A stretch of DNA of 64,000 nt from the human T2T-CHM13v2.0 reference genome, Homo sapiens: NCBI GenBank assembly GCA_009914755.4, contig CP068257.2:21792001-21856000 (forward strand), written 5' to 3'. Under the pieces are notes generated by a model, which had not been told where the DNA came from, did not search any database, and saw only the letters and a program-made list of their open reading frames with translations. Each line of letters starts with the position of its first letter. The first letter of the stretch is position 1. Position numbers and translations under genes: made by a program. Below are positions 15,080 to 27,700 of the stretch, one piece after another.

Positions 15080-15545
15080 TGTGATGGTTAATATGAGTGT
15101 CAACTTGATTGGATTGAAGGATGCAAAGTATTGATCCTGGGTGTATCTTCAGGGTGTTGCCAAAGGAGATTAACATTTGAGTCCGCAGGCTGGGGAAGGC
15201 AGATCCACCCTTAATCTGGGTGGGCAAAATCTAATCAGCTGCCCATGCAGGCAGAATAAAAAGAAGAATAAAACGAAGAATGTGAAAAGACTAGACTGGC
15301 TTAGCTTCCCAACCTACATCTTTCTCCTGTGCTGGATGTTTCCTGCCTTCAAACATCAGACTCCAAGTTCTTCAGCTTTGGGACTTGGACTGGCTTCTTG
15401 CAGTTGGCCCATTATGGGACTTTGTGATCGTGTGAGTTAATACTCCTTAATAAACACTTAATAAACCCATATATATATATATATATATGTATATCCTATT
15501 AGTTCTGTTCTTCTAGAGAACCCTGACTAATACACAATACTTATA
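15080..15545 (+). mobile_element. LTR-like dispersed repeat (TGTGATGG...AATAAA type, unclassified LTR family), copy 1
   Basis: It starts TGTGATGGTTAATATGAGTGTCAACTTGATTGGATTGAAGGATGCAAAGTATTGATCCTGGGTGT...GTTGCCAAAGGAGATTAACATTTGAGTC...GGCAGATCCACCCTTAATCTGGGTGGGCA...AATCTAATCAGCTGCC. It then continues ...CTCCAAGTTCTTCAGCTTTGGGACTTGGACTGGC...TTGTGATCGTGTGAGTTAATACTCCTTAATAAAC and TCCTATTAGTTCTGTTCTTCTAGAGAACCCTGACTAATACAC. It is about 80% identical to the copy at 42618-43000. Confidence 0.6.
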
Positions 15546-15599
15546 CAAATGCATAATAAACAATGTGGTATAAAAGCTCTCCACAAGCCCACCATATTT

Positions 15600-16340
15600 G
15601 TCCTTGTTGTTTTTGAACTGCCCAGTGATAGGAGGTATTCCTTATAATTTTCCTTAGCAAATATTTATTCCTTGATCTAACTGATAGCCACTACAACCTC
15701 CATCACTCACTTATTCACCAAAAATTTGGTAAATAATACCAACTAAAGAAAAAATCAAATTTGTAAGTAATTAAAATAAGTTTTATTGGAAGTGTTACTG
15801 AGGACTGTAGACTGAAGTTTCTAGCCTGGCAACAGCCCTTTCAAGAGGTTCTTCCAGACTGTTCTGCCACAGTGTTTCAGCCTCCTGCATATATGCAGGT
15901 GGTGGAAGTTCAGTAAATGCAATATAATACAGAACTTGCTCAGTAAATGCAATATGATACAGAACTTGCTCAGTAAATGCAATATGATACAGAACTTGCT
16001 CTGAAGTTACAATATAGCAGAATCACAGCAAGGTTTGGGTCTGTTATAGATTACAGAGACATAACCACTCACCAAATCAGACATTATGTTATGTGTAGGA
16101 AAAGGCAAGGACTAGGGTTACTTATGTTATATGGAATATATTGATTAAGGCAAGAGATGCACGGAACTGTGTGTTGAATCCTGTTTTGTCTTCAAAGCAT
16201 ATTTTCAGAGAGCTGCACATTGTCTCAAATTCAGGAGATCTACAAAATTTTGTTCGCAAGCAGCAATAAGCAAATATGGCTTTTTACATTTCTTACTTTG
16301 TCTCACAAGTTTCTCCTTTTGCTCATGAATTAATCCCCCA
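15600..16340 (+). mobile_element. Unclassified ancient interspersed repeat, copy A
   Basis: Blocks are shared at about 70-75% identity with 21300-21834 plus 22485-22690. Examples are AATTAAAATAAGTTTTATTGGAAGTGTTACTGAGGACTGTAGACTGAAG against AATTAAAGTTAGTTTTATTCTGAAGTCTTACTCAGGACTATAGACTGAAC, GATTACAGAGACATAACCACT...TAGGAAAAGGCAAGGACTA against GATTACAGAAGCATAATCACT...TAGGAAAAAGCAAAGACTA, and TGTCTTCAAAGCATATTTTCAGAGAGCTGCACATTGTC against TATCTTCAAAGTATCTTTTTGGAAAGCTGCACATTGTC. Confidence 0.45.
15911..16002. repeat. Tandem repeat of three 30-bp units, with a partial fourth unit
   Basis: The unit CAGTAAATGCAATATGATACAGAACTTGCT is repeated three times with one substitution. It is embedded in copy A of the ancient repeat. 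The paralogous copy B lacks the expansion. Confidence 0.9.
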
Positions 16341-17519
16341 GTTATATTTACAAAGCCAACATTGATTAGCTAGGAAGGATGTTTTCTAGGAAGGTTCATA
16401 GTCTTCAGTTGCGGATGTAAGGAAGGAGGACCAGGTGCATATTTGCCTATTCATTGGAAAACATGCATTGAATTACACATCCATTTTTATTAGAATGACC
16501 TTTTCTTCCCCCCGATGTTGTCATTTCTGCACCCAAAATGACACCTCAACAGGACTATTGCAACGATACTATAGATTATACATAGAAGTACATATTTAAT
16601 ATCATCAAAATTACATATTGGAAAAAATACATGATAACTGGAACATATATTTGTATTTTTTATTAGTTGTACTGTTTACCCCTTTTTATATCCATACTTA
16701 TGAGAGACTTCCCCATAAAAATAGATTTGGGCTAAAACAAATTGTAAATATTTTTAGAGAAAAATTCTAACCAAAACTCTGGATGACAAAACCTTACAAT
16801 AGCCACAGTTAAAATTTGATGAAAGTTTTCAATTGACAAGGAAATTGGTTATTTCTATCACATGCAGCATTTTAAGATAACCAGAATCATGACTGAGAGC
16901 ATCACATTAAGACCAACACATGTTTATGTTTTATAAAATTTTTAGAATATTTACATTAATAGCATATCTATATAACTATAATTTTAGAAACAGTTTAGCA
17001 TAGCCATTAAAATTATAATTAACATTTGATTTTTATGAATTTATATAATTTTGGGACATTTATATCAATAACATACCCATAAATCTAACTGAAAGACCTA
17101 GTATAATTTATTATTTGATAATATTTCTCATACAATTTACGAAGTTAGTCTAATCATTTAATCCAAAAAGACATACTTTAGAATTTTGATGCTGGGGAAA
17201 CCTTCAAAAGATGCCAAAAGGTTTAAAATGTTTGATCCAACACAATCACATGTCACAGTATAAAAAAAAAGTCAATTATTTAAACAGAGTCCAGAGTGGT
17301 AATCAAAATACTTCAAAAGCAATTGAGAAAGTTACATAGATGTAAAAGATGTGAAAACCTCAAGCCCTTTAAAGCTCAGTTTTCTAATTAATCAAAAACC
17401 TAATAAAGACAACAGAGGAAATTATTTTGATAAAACATGAAATCTTTGTTTTTAGGCCAGTTACCAAGAGGAAAAGAAAAACCTGAAGTGTAATTTTTCT
17501 ACTTTCTCGAAGCCCTTTT

Positions 17520-17690
17520 AGATAATCTACATATATCTATATAATCTATATAATATATATACTATATATAATCTATATAACATATATAATATAGAGATAG
17601 ATTATATATTATATATCGTATAATATATAGATGAATTAGATATATATAATTATATAGATTATATAGATTATATATATAATAGCGCTGCTA
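17520..17690. repeat. Long AT-rich simple repeat (TATA/ATAGA/ATAATA motifs)
   Basis: Direct read: ATATATCTATATAATCTATATAATATATATACTATATATAATCTATATAACATATATAATATAGAGATAGATTATATATTATATATCGTATAATATATAGATGAATTAGATATATATAATTATATAGATTATATAGATTATATATATAATAG. Confidence 0.85.
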
Positions 17691-18260
17691 TTCATTGTAT
17701 ACAAGGCAGGGGGGCAGGGTAAGGAATATGAGTCATCTCCAATGAGCGACAGAGTCACACAAGTCACCGGGCCACCGGACAGGGGTCCTTCCCCTTTGAG
17801 GTGGCAAAGCTGGAGAGAGGCAGGACAGCTTACGTCACTATTTCTTCTATGCAGTTATCAGATAGATCAAAGACTTTAATACTTTCACTAACTCTGCTAC
17901 TGCTATCTAGAAGGCGGAGCCAGGTGTGCAGAGTGGAACACGAAAGTGGACCAGGAGCGTGACTGCTGAAGCACAGCATCACAGGGAGACGATTAAGCCT
18001 CCGATGGCTGCGGGCAGGCCTGACTGATGGCAGGCCTCCCACAAGAGGTGGTGGAGCAGAGAGTTCTCTAACTCCCCCGGGGAAAGGGAGATTACCTTTC
18101 CGGTCTGCTAAGCAACGGGTGCCTTCCCAGGCACTGGCATTACCGCTAGACCAAGGAGCCCTCTAGTGGTCCTTACCCGGGCGTAACAGAGGGCTCATAC
18201 TCTTGCCTTCTGGTCACTTCTCACTGTGTCCTTTCAGCTCCTAACTCTGTACGGCCTGGT
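17690..18260 (+). promoter_or_regulatory. GC/CpG-enriched block with AP-1 (TGAGTCA) and CRE-like (TTACGTCA) motifs; possibly an unclassified solo LTR or an enhancer/promoter-like element
   Basis: About 18 CpGs fall in about 550 bp of about 52% GC (CGCTG, AGCGAC, CACCGGGCCACCGG, TTACGTCA, GGCGGAG, ACACGAAAG, GAGCGTGAC, GACGATT, CTCCGATGGCTGCGGGC, CCCCCGGGG, TTTCCGGTC, CAACGGGTG, TACCGCTAG, CCCGGGCGTAAC, GTACGGCC). The surrounding DNA is AT-rich and CpG-poor. TGAGTCA is at 17729-17735 and TTACGTCA at 17830-17837. AATAAA signals lie downstream at about 18287 and 18317. Confidence 0.3.
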
Positions 18261-19481
18261 TTTTCCTAGGTAATAATTATGGAACAGGTAATAAATGTAG
18301 AACAAAGATTAATATAATAAACAATTATGCTACAAACTAATGATTGGAGATATTCATATATAATCATATATATTCTATTTCTAGTATAACTATTCTCATT
18401 CTTATTATTTTCTTTATTATACTGGAACAGCTTGTGCCTTCAATCTCCTGCCTCGGCACCTGGGTGGCTTACATCTTATAAATAATGCATCTTCATATTC
18501 ATAATTTTCTTTACGTCTCTTTCTCCTACTTACTGAATTATTTCTGTTATTTAATAAACACCCCTTAAATAACCTCTGAATTAGACAAAAATATTATTTT
18601 CTCAATAAAGAACAAATTTTTATATCATGATTACAATTTTTTACACTAAAAACACATCAATTTGGGTACACATTATACATAGAATTACATATATTAATTA
18701 AAACATTTTAACTCTTAGTAACCTTAAATTTTAGTGAAAGCCTAAAAAGCAAGATATTGAATTATTTGTCATATATCAATGTTTTACAGACGAGAACCAT
18801 TTCATAATTTTTAAAAACACTTTTCCTTATAACATAACTTTTTCTAAATTGACGATGACTTGGACATTTATTATCTATTATTTAATTTATCATAACTTAA
18901 GATTTAAAATTCTATAAAAATTATATTTATAAGCATTTATTCCATTTACACTTCCCTACTTTATTTTAAACAATTTCCTTACATTAGTTATGAAAACTGT
19001 GATATTAGACAAACCTAGTCATCATTTCAAATTTTCCTTAACAGTTTTTATAACTGGTGAATATCAGGTGTTTACATACATGAGAAAATTAAAGTAAAAT
19101 ATATGGGTATTTTGCCAGTAACTCAGAAATACAACTGTTGTTTTTATTAAATCAACAATAATAAATTAGTCATGTTTATCAAAAATTACACTAACAAAAT
19201 TTATTTTGTTTGGGGCTGGGCTTATAGTTTTAGGTATTTTGCGCCAAATCCTGACACCTCAAAATATTTTGAGGTGTCAGACATATAAAACTGTCTGACC
19301 AGTAAACACAGTAAACACAGGCAAAAATGCATGCTGACAAGTTTGAAGACACTTCTATTTTATTTTACCAGTAATTTTATAACCAAATTACTTATTAGTA
19401 ATTTACTTAAGTCATGAGAACTAGGAAATATTTGCGCTTATTTATGAGTACTCATTTATGTAAGATACTCATTATGTAAGA

Positions 19482-19823
19482 TACAGTTTGGCTGTGTTCC
19501 CACCCAAATCTCATCTTGAATTCTCATATGTTATAGGATGGGTTCAGTGGGAGGTAACTGAATCACGGGGACAGGTCTTTCCTGTGCTGTTCTCATGATA
19601 GTAAAAAAGTCTCATAAGATCTGATAGTTTTAAAAAGGGGAGTTGCCCCAAACAAGCTCTCTTCTCTTGTCTGCTGCCATGTAAGACGTGCCTTTAACCT
19701 TCCACCATCATTATGAGGCATTCCTAGCTCTGTGGAACTGTAAATCCATTAAACCTCTTTGTTGGTAAATTGCCCAGTCTCAGGTATGTTTTTATCAGCA
19801 GTGTGAAAATGGACTAATACAAT
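19482..19823 (+). mobile_element. MaLR solo LTR (THE1/MST-like)
   Basis: Direct read: ACAGTTTGGCTGTGTTCCCACCCAAATCTCATCTTGAATTC...GGTTCAGTGGGAGGTAACTGAATCACGGGGACAGGTCTTTCCTGTGCTGTTCTCATGATAGT...AAGATCTGATAGTTTTAAAAAGGGGAGTT...CTGCTGCCATGTAAGACGTGCCTTT...CCAGTCTCAGGTATGTTTTTATCAGCAGTGTGAAAATGGACTAATACAATG. Confidence 0.85.
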
Positions 19824-21834
19824 GTATAAGTCAATTTGATACCATGTAAAAACAGCATGTAACACAAAATATGTACATGTATGTAAACATGTAAACACAT
19901 ATGCCCTCACACTCAAAGATCTAATAGTTTTCACTTTAGAGCTTCAGACATAAAATAGTAATATAAATTCATTTGTTTATAAATAACAGTTGGATCCAAA
20001 TTATGTCTGATAAAATTGAGAACTGTTCATGTGGCTAAACTCTTCTTGCTCATATGGAAAATTTATTGAATGCCATGAATCAAAATTTTGGCTAAAACTG
20101 TTCCTACAAAAATTTGATTTTTAAAACCCCTTTTACTTTTTTTATTCAATTTTAAATGAGCTTATGTTTAAATTTTTAATGTTTACATTGTAGCTAGAAC
20201 TGGCTGAATTGTATGAAAAACAAAAAATCTCCAAGGAGCCTTGAATTAGTGATACTGTAAACAATGAGTTTTAACTCAACACCATTAGAAACGTGAATAG
20301 ATCAAAGGAAGTGGGAAAACATAGCTAGACAGAGAACCTGGCTGACTCTACATATTAGCTCTATAGTTGCAGGTTGATCATTGGAGCTCTAAGTTTTTCT
20401 TGATGTAATTTGACCATCAATTTAAAATATGCGTAAGAACAGACCACAATATGTAGGCTTCTGGAAGCCGAGCCAACCCAGCATGTTTTAATGTTTAAGA
20501 ATTCAATTTTTTGTAAATTTAGTATTAAATCTCTTTTAGTTAAACCCTTCCATCTAGGGAGGTACTTGCAAGAATAGGCTGTGTGTGAGTTATACATGAA
20601 GCCTGCAGGAATGTTGACTAGAAATTAGTTTTTCGGTACCCCTATTATTTCAGTTTGGGATGATTTATTTCCCATGGTGAAATGTCAGCAAAGCGAGAAT
20701 ACTAGTGAGAAATGTAGCAGATCAAATGTCCTCTTTTGAGTGTTGCCAATGGCTATCACTCCCATTACATGTTTCAGCTCCTCCACCTGGTCGTCTAAAG
20801 CAATTATGGGGACTCAAAGCACTGAGTGACTGACCCTGACGTGTCTGTCCCTGGAAGAACCAATTCTTAATTACGTATGACAAGGAATTTTCTACAAGAC
20901 CACTACACATCATAAAGATTGTACCTCTGACACTTCCACAAGACCTCTGATCACCAGAAATGCCAAATCAGAATCTGGCTGAAAGGATTCTGAGTGTCTC
21001 TAGTCTGCAGAGTTAACACAGGTCAAACCCTCATAAATTATTAATAATTTCTGTCTTCCTGAGCCTTATTTACAGAGTCAAATCGAAAGGGAAAGCACCA
21101 ATACAGCCTAGCCAATCTTACAGCTTCTCACGTTTATTCCTTCCTACTATCTATCAACTAGGAGACTTTTCCTTCTTGAGAAAGAAAAAAATCTCGAGAA
21201 AGACCTTATCTCTTGTCAAGGAGTGAGAGCAACTAGCTGAATAAAACTCAAGTTTGTTAACTAAATGGGAATTCTGAGACTCAGGAGAGACACATCCAGT
21301 TGTCTGTAACTGGAGGAGCCAGAAGGAATTAAAGGGCAGGGACCAAGTGCTGGTACCAAGATGCCAGGTCCCTGCAATGTTTCCGACGACCCTGAATAGT
21401 CAGCTCTGAGTCCCTTTGTGGTTGTTATGACTGTTGATTAAACGAAAAAAATTACGCTTTTAAAGAATTAAAGTTAGTTTTATTCTGAAGTCTTACTCAG
21501 GACTATAGACTGAACCAGCCTCTAAAAGAGCAGCCATTTAGAAAGGTTCTATTAGTTCTAGCACAGTATTTTAGCCCTGTTTATGGACAGGTGGTAGAAA
21601 TTTTAAAAATTTTATTAGAATTGGTTAGGAAAAGTAAACAGATACTTTGTGCAAAACCACATTCAACTTTCTCAGACATTCCATTAAAGTAAATAACATC
21701 AAAGTTTTGGTGTAGGAGTAGGAGTAGATCTGGTTATCGATTACAGAAGCATAATCACTAACATCAACAGATGTTATCTCCTGTATAGGAAAAAGCAAAG
21801 ACTACATCATTTACTGTTCAAGAAATATAGTGAC

Positions 21835-22469
<635 letters not shown>

Positions 22470-24779
22470 GAAATATAGTGACTCAAGTAAGGGATGTGGG
22501 AGAGTATGTCTTCTATCCAGTTTTATCTTCAAAGTATCTTTTTGGAAAGCTGCACATTGTCAGAAAGTGAAGGATTGTGAAAGTATGTTAACAAGCACAA
22601 ATCAGCAAACGTGGCTTCTTACGTTTGCTACTCTGCCTCACAATAATTATCCTGCTTGGTTTTTATTAATCTTTCTTAAATGTGTATAGCTCACATTTAT
22701 TTTAATATTTAATTTTAGAAGTGTTTGGGGTCTTTATTTCAAAGGTTGGTAATTTTACTATTTTTTTTTTTTTTTGACAAGGCATATGCTGTAGGAATTT
22801 ACCTCTTGTTTTTATCAATTAGCCTATGGTAACATTTGTTTTCTCACACGTCATTTCACTTAAAAGTCAAAGTTTCCAAGAACCTATCAAAGACAGTAAA
22901 TGAGGACTTCCTGTATCTTGCCCATTTTCATTAGATTACAAGTTAATTTCAGGGCACGCAAGGAAAAAACACTATATTCTATTTACATATCTATTAATTG
23001 ATATTCTTTCTTTCAAATATGAATCAAAGTAACAGAATACATGCCTGAATTGAAAAGATTTCACAGATTTCAAAGTGTCTTTTTACTTTTCCTAACCAAT
23101 TCTTATAAATTACTAAAATAAAACTTTTTTGTGGAAGTAGAGAAATGATTTTAACTTGACTATGCCTTTTTATTCTCAGAGTGACTGGTTAAACTACAAG
23201 ATATGTTGTGGAAGTCGCCTAAATTCTACTAAGCATATGACAGCAATGGTCATAAATTGGTTTGGGATTTTTTTTATGAAAGTTTATAAAGAATACCACT
23301 TTTATTACCTACTATAATTGTTAAAAACTAGAAATTCACTCTGTTATTTGAATTGCAGGAGACGAATAAAAGCAAAATGAAAGTAAAACAATTAACTTTG
23401 TTAATTATTTATATCTATAATCACTCTAAATTATATATTTGATAACATCATGGCAACTTGCATGGAAGAATAGCTAAATCTTAATCCTTAATATTGGCTT
23501 ATTTGGTAAAAAGTAGCTTTTTAAATATTTCCCATAAGGATAATAGGATTATATTTATCAACTTTTAATTCTTTATAAATGACATTTTTGTGATGATTTC
23601 AGTTGTTTTAATTTACTTTGCAAATTGATAATCATTAAAACATTCATGCTTCTAAGTAGGAAAGTGTATTTTGATTAATTAAGGGCCAGTGCCTGAAGAA
23701 TATGTTTGCTGTCGATGCTGAGTTGCTCTGTATGAGCAGTTAATATCATAAGAAATGTAAGATAACATAACCATCATTTTATTGATGTTCAAGAACTGAC
23801 AAAAATATGCTAATAATTAAGAGTTGAAGAATTATGACCCAAATATTTCTGATGCTAACAGCATATGCTGTGATCTGTAAAGAAAAAAACAAACTTAGAT
23901 GACACAGTTTTGCGTGGTGTTTACTTTCTATTAAAATTCTTCCTCGGGGCTAATTTGCAATATTTTATTCCTGACTGGCTAAAGGTATAATTAATGATTT
24001 GCTGAATCATATTTTACATGTATAAATAGCACAAGCACCTGAACTATTCTACAATGAGCTACTTGGATGTTTTAATGTAGTTTTCTAGTTTCTTGGCCAT
24101 ATACCGCTGAAATTAAAGTGGATTTCTTTTGTTTACAAGTGTACAATAAAATAATAAAGAGATACATCCATGACTAGATCTCAAGATGCCAGAAAAAAGA
24201 ACTAAAACCTTCTGTTAAAAGACAATTAATTATATTTATCTTATAGTTATTGGCCATTTTATTTAGGTAAAAAGTATTACACACACATAGTTCTTTTTTC
24301 TTGCTTTACTCTTGCTTTGAGATAAAGCACAATATAGAGATTTGATATCAAATTTTATCTTTTAATAGAACAGATTTGTGTCACTAAAATGACAATTTTA
24401 ATGTAGTATCTGAAAGACTAGTATTTGTCGAAAACACTGTATTTAGCTCGATTTATGAGGAATGCCTGATGCTTTCAGCAGCTTTACCCAGCCTGAGATC
24501 CCAGTTACCCAACTTCTCCCAACCTGAGCTCCAAGTTAGTTGGGACAGAAACAGTCCTTCAGGCAGCTCCAGACCCTTTAGAACATTGTAAATACCGTCT
24601 GCTCTTCTCCCTCCAGTTCGGTTCAAGGGAGAGAAGTGACAATTGGGCCTACATGCCACCGTCTTCAGACCAAGACTAAGATAACCCAGAAATGGAGAGA
24701 AAGTGGGGGAAGAGGAAGCAAAAATGCCACAAAAGTTGAGTTTTCCTCGTTTGTTCATTTACTTGAAGCTGTAAACTTT

Positions 24780-27700
24780 TGACTGTTTTCCACTGCTTCT
24801 ATATAGTTATTTTATTCATTTGCAAGCTTTTAAAAAATATTTCTGTGGGGAACCAAAACTTGAGTTTCCTGTTTTGCCATCTTGCTAATTTTACAGGATG
24901 ATGTTACTTGTTAAGGATGTTTCTGTTTGTGTTCAGGAGATGTATGTAGATAAGAGAGATAAGGTCTCCAGTTTTTGATATTTTAAGAATTTTTTTCTTT
25001 TAATTGTTTACTAAATTTGGATAATGAGATAATGCTGGGCTCATAGAATGAGTTAGAAAGTACTTCTAATGCTTCTATTTTGGGGAAGAGAATATAGAGA
25101 ATTGGTATTACTTCTTTCTTAAATGCTTGGTTGAATTTATTAGTAAGTAACTTGTAATTAAGGATGTTCTTTTTGGAAGGTTACTAATTAGTTATTACAT
25201 TCCTTTATAGAAGAATACTACGCAGATTATCTATTTCTTTTTGTATAAGCTTTGGTGTTTTTTTGCCTTTCCAGCAATTTTAAAATTTCATCAGCTTTGT
25301 CAAACTGTGGACACAAAGTTATTTTTAATAGTCAATTGTGATTATATTTATGGTATCAACCGTAATGACCCCTTTTTCCATTTCTCATCTTGGTAATTTG
25401 TGTTTTTGTTCTTGTTTTTTTTTTCCTTTTGCCATGTTAGAGTTTGATCAATCTTTTAGATGTTTTTAATGAACAGTTTTTGGTTTAGTTTATTTTCTAT
25501 ATAATTTTCGTTTTTAAATTTGTTGATTGTATTAGTCTGTTATTATACTGCTACAGAAAAATAACTGAGGCTGGGTAATTTATGAAGAAATGAGGTTTAA
25601 TTGACTCACAGTTCCACATGCTGTACAGGATGTATGGTTGCTGAGGCCTCAGGAGACTTACAATCGTGGCAGAAGGTCACGTGGCATATCTTCACATGGT
25701 GGCAGGAGAGTTAGAGAAGGGGGAAGTGCTACACACTTTTAAAAATCAAATCTCATAAGAACTCACTCACTATCATGAGAACACCAGGAGGGAAATGCAC
25801 CCCCATGATCCCATCACCTCCCACCAGGTCCGTTTGCCAACATTGGGGATTATAATGTGACATGAGATTTGGGTGGAGACATAGAGCAAAACCATATCAT
25901 TGATGTGTCTTCTACTTTTTCTTATTTCTTTGTCTTGACTTGTTTAGGCTTAAATTGCTCTTCTTTATATGCTTTCTATGGTGGTGGCTTGGTTTATTGA
26001 TTTTAGTACTTTTTTTCTAATATTGCATTTACTGTTCTATACTCTAAGCACTGCTTGTGTTATATATTACACATTTTGATAATTATATTTTCATTTTGAG
26101 TTAGTTTAATACTTTTTTTCCCTCAAGACTTTCCATCTGACCTATGCATTACTTAGGTATGTGTTATTTAATATCTTAGTGCTCGTATATTTTTTGGGTA
26201 TGTTCTTCTTATTGACTACTAATTCAATTAAATTATTTTCAGAGAGCATATTTTAAATATAATTTCCATTATTTTATATTTGTTAGGGTTTGCTTTATGA
26301 ATTAAGATAGTCTGTATTGATGAATATCCATGCACACTTGAAAATATTTGTTCCTACTGTTGGTAGGTGGAATAAATGTCCATCACATAATTTTGCTTCT
26401 GGTATTCAGTTCTTCCACAATCTTGCTAATTTTTTCCAGTGAACTGACAGAGAGGTTTTGAAGCTTCAAAACATAACAGTAAGTTTGTGTACTTCTTTCA
26501 GTTCAATCAGCTTTTTCTTCATGTGTTTTACAGCCATTGTTTGGTGCATGCACATGTAATTTTTTTATACCTTCTTGATGAGTTGATATTTTTATTTTTA
26601 TATGATGTTCCTCTTTGCCTCTGGTAATTTTGTTTGGGTTTTTAATCTACATTGCCAGATATTAAAATAGCCACTCCAGATGTCTTTTGATTAGTTTTTT
26701 ATGACAATGTTTTTCATCTTTTTACCCTTAACCAACATACATAATTATATTTTATGTGAGTTCTGGTATACATAATATTTCTCCATCTTTTATTTAAGGA
26801 GTTTAGACTATATTTAATGTAATAATTAATTTATATTAACTTATGCTAACGTAGTGTATCATTATCGATAAGTATTTGTTCCTTCTGTTTTTGCTTCCTC
26901 CTTTTTGTCTTCCTATGGATTATATAAACATTTTTGATATTCTAATTTTGTTAATCTATAGTTTATTATATTGAAAATGACTCTGTATATTTTTCATTGA
27001 TAGCTCCAGGAAAAGCAATACACTTATAGAATACATTAGAATCTACTATTATCAACATTTTATCTCTTTGAGAGACATACAAATTCACCTCCAACCACAA
27101 TTGTTAGATAGCTGTCTTAAAACTGTCAGAAAATACTGTTCCATTAAATTTACACATTTCTGCAATTTGGCTTTTTGGCCAAAATAAACTGAGATGCTAA
27201 AGAAAGTTTCTGTTCTTTCACTCTGCTCAGGATGGTGTCACCTGTATCATTTCTACATAAATCTCAGACTTATAATTTCAGAGTTCTTATGTCATAAAAT
27301 AAATCCCCTTTGTACATGAAGTGTAACTCTCCAGCTCTCACCACATTGCCCCCAAGGAGAGAATAACTGTGTGTGATAAACTGATGTGATCATTTCTAAA
27401 ATAATCCTTCTGATCTTTTCTCTAGAAATCTCATAATTGAATTCAATATAATATCAAAATTATCAATATTAAAAATATTATTAAATGTTAACTCTAACAG
27501 ATATTGGCAACCATCTCAATGTTAAAATTTTTGCTTTTGACAGTCAAACACAATCTTAAAATCTAAATAAGAGAATAATAATGTATTATATTTACCCATA
27601 TGGTTACTCTTTCTGTTCTCTCTTCATTTATAATCCTCCAATATATATTTTAATATATTTTCCTTTAATATGTATATTTTTTCTTCCCTTAATATATATT

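Noticed and set aside
15911-16002. Regularly spaced 30-bp direct repeats, which could be misread as a CRISPR array
   Set aside because: This is eukaryotic DNA. The units are contiguous with no spacers, and there are only three copies. It is a minisatellite.
17690-18260. The GC-rich block as a bona fide CpG-island promoter of a gene
   Set aside because: It is only about 550 bp at about 52% GC, and its CpG observed/expected is probably below the classical island threshold. I could not find a convincing first exon or donor downstream. It is kept as a low-confidence regulatory or LTR candidate rather than a promoter call.
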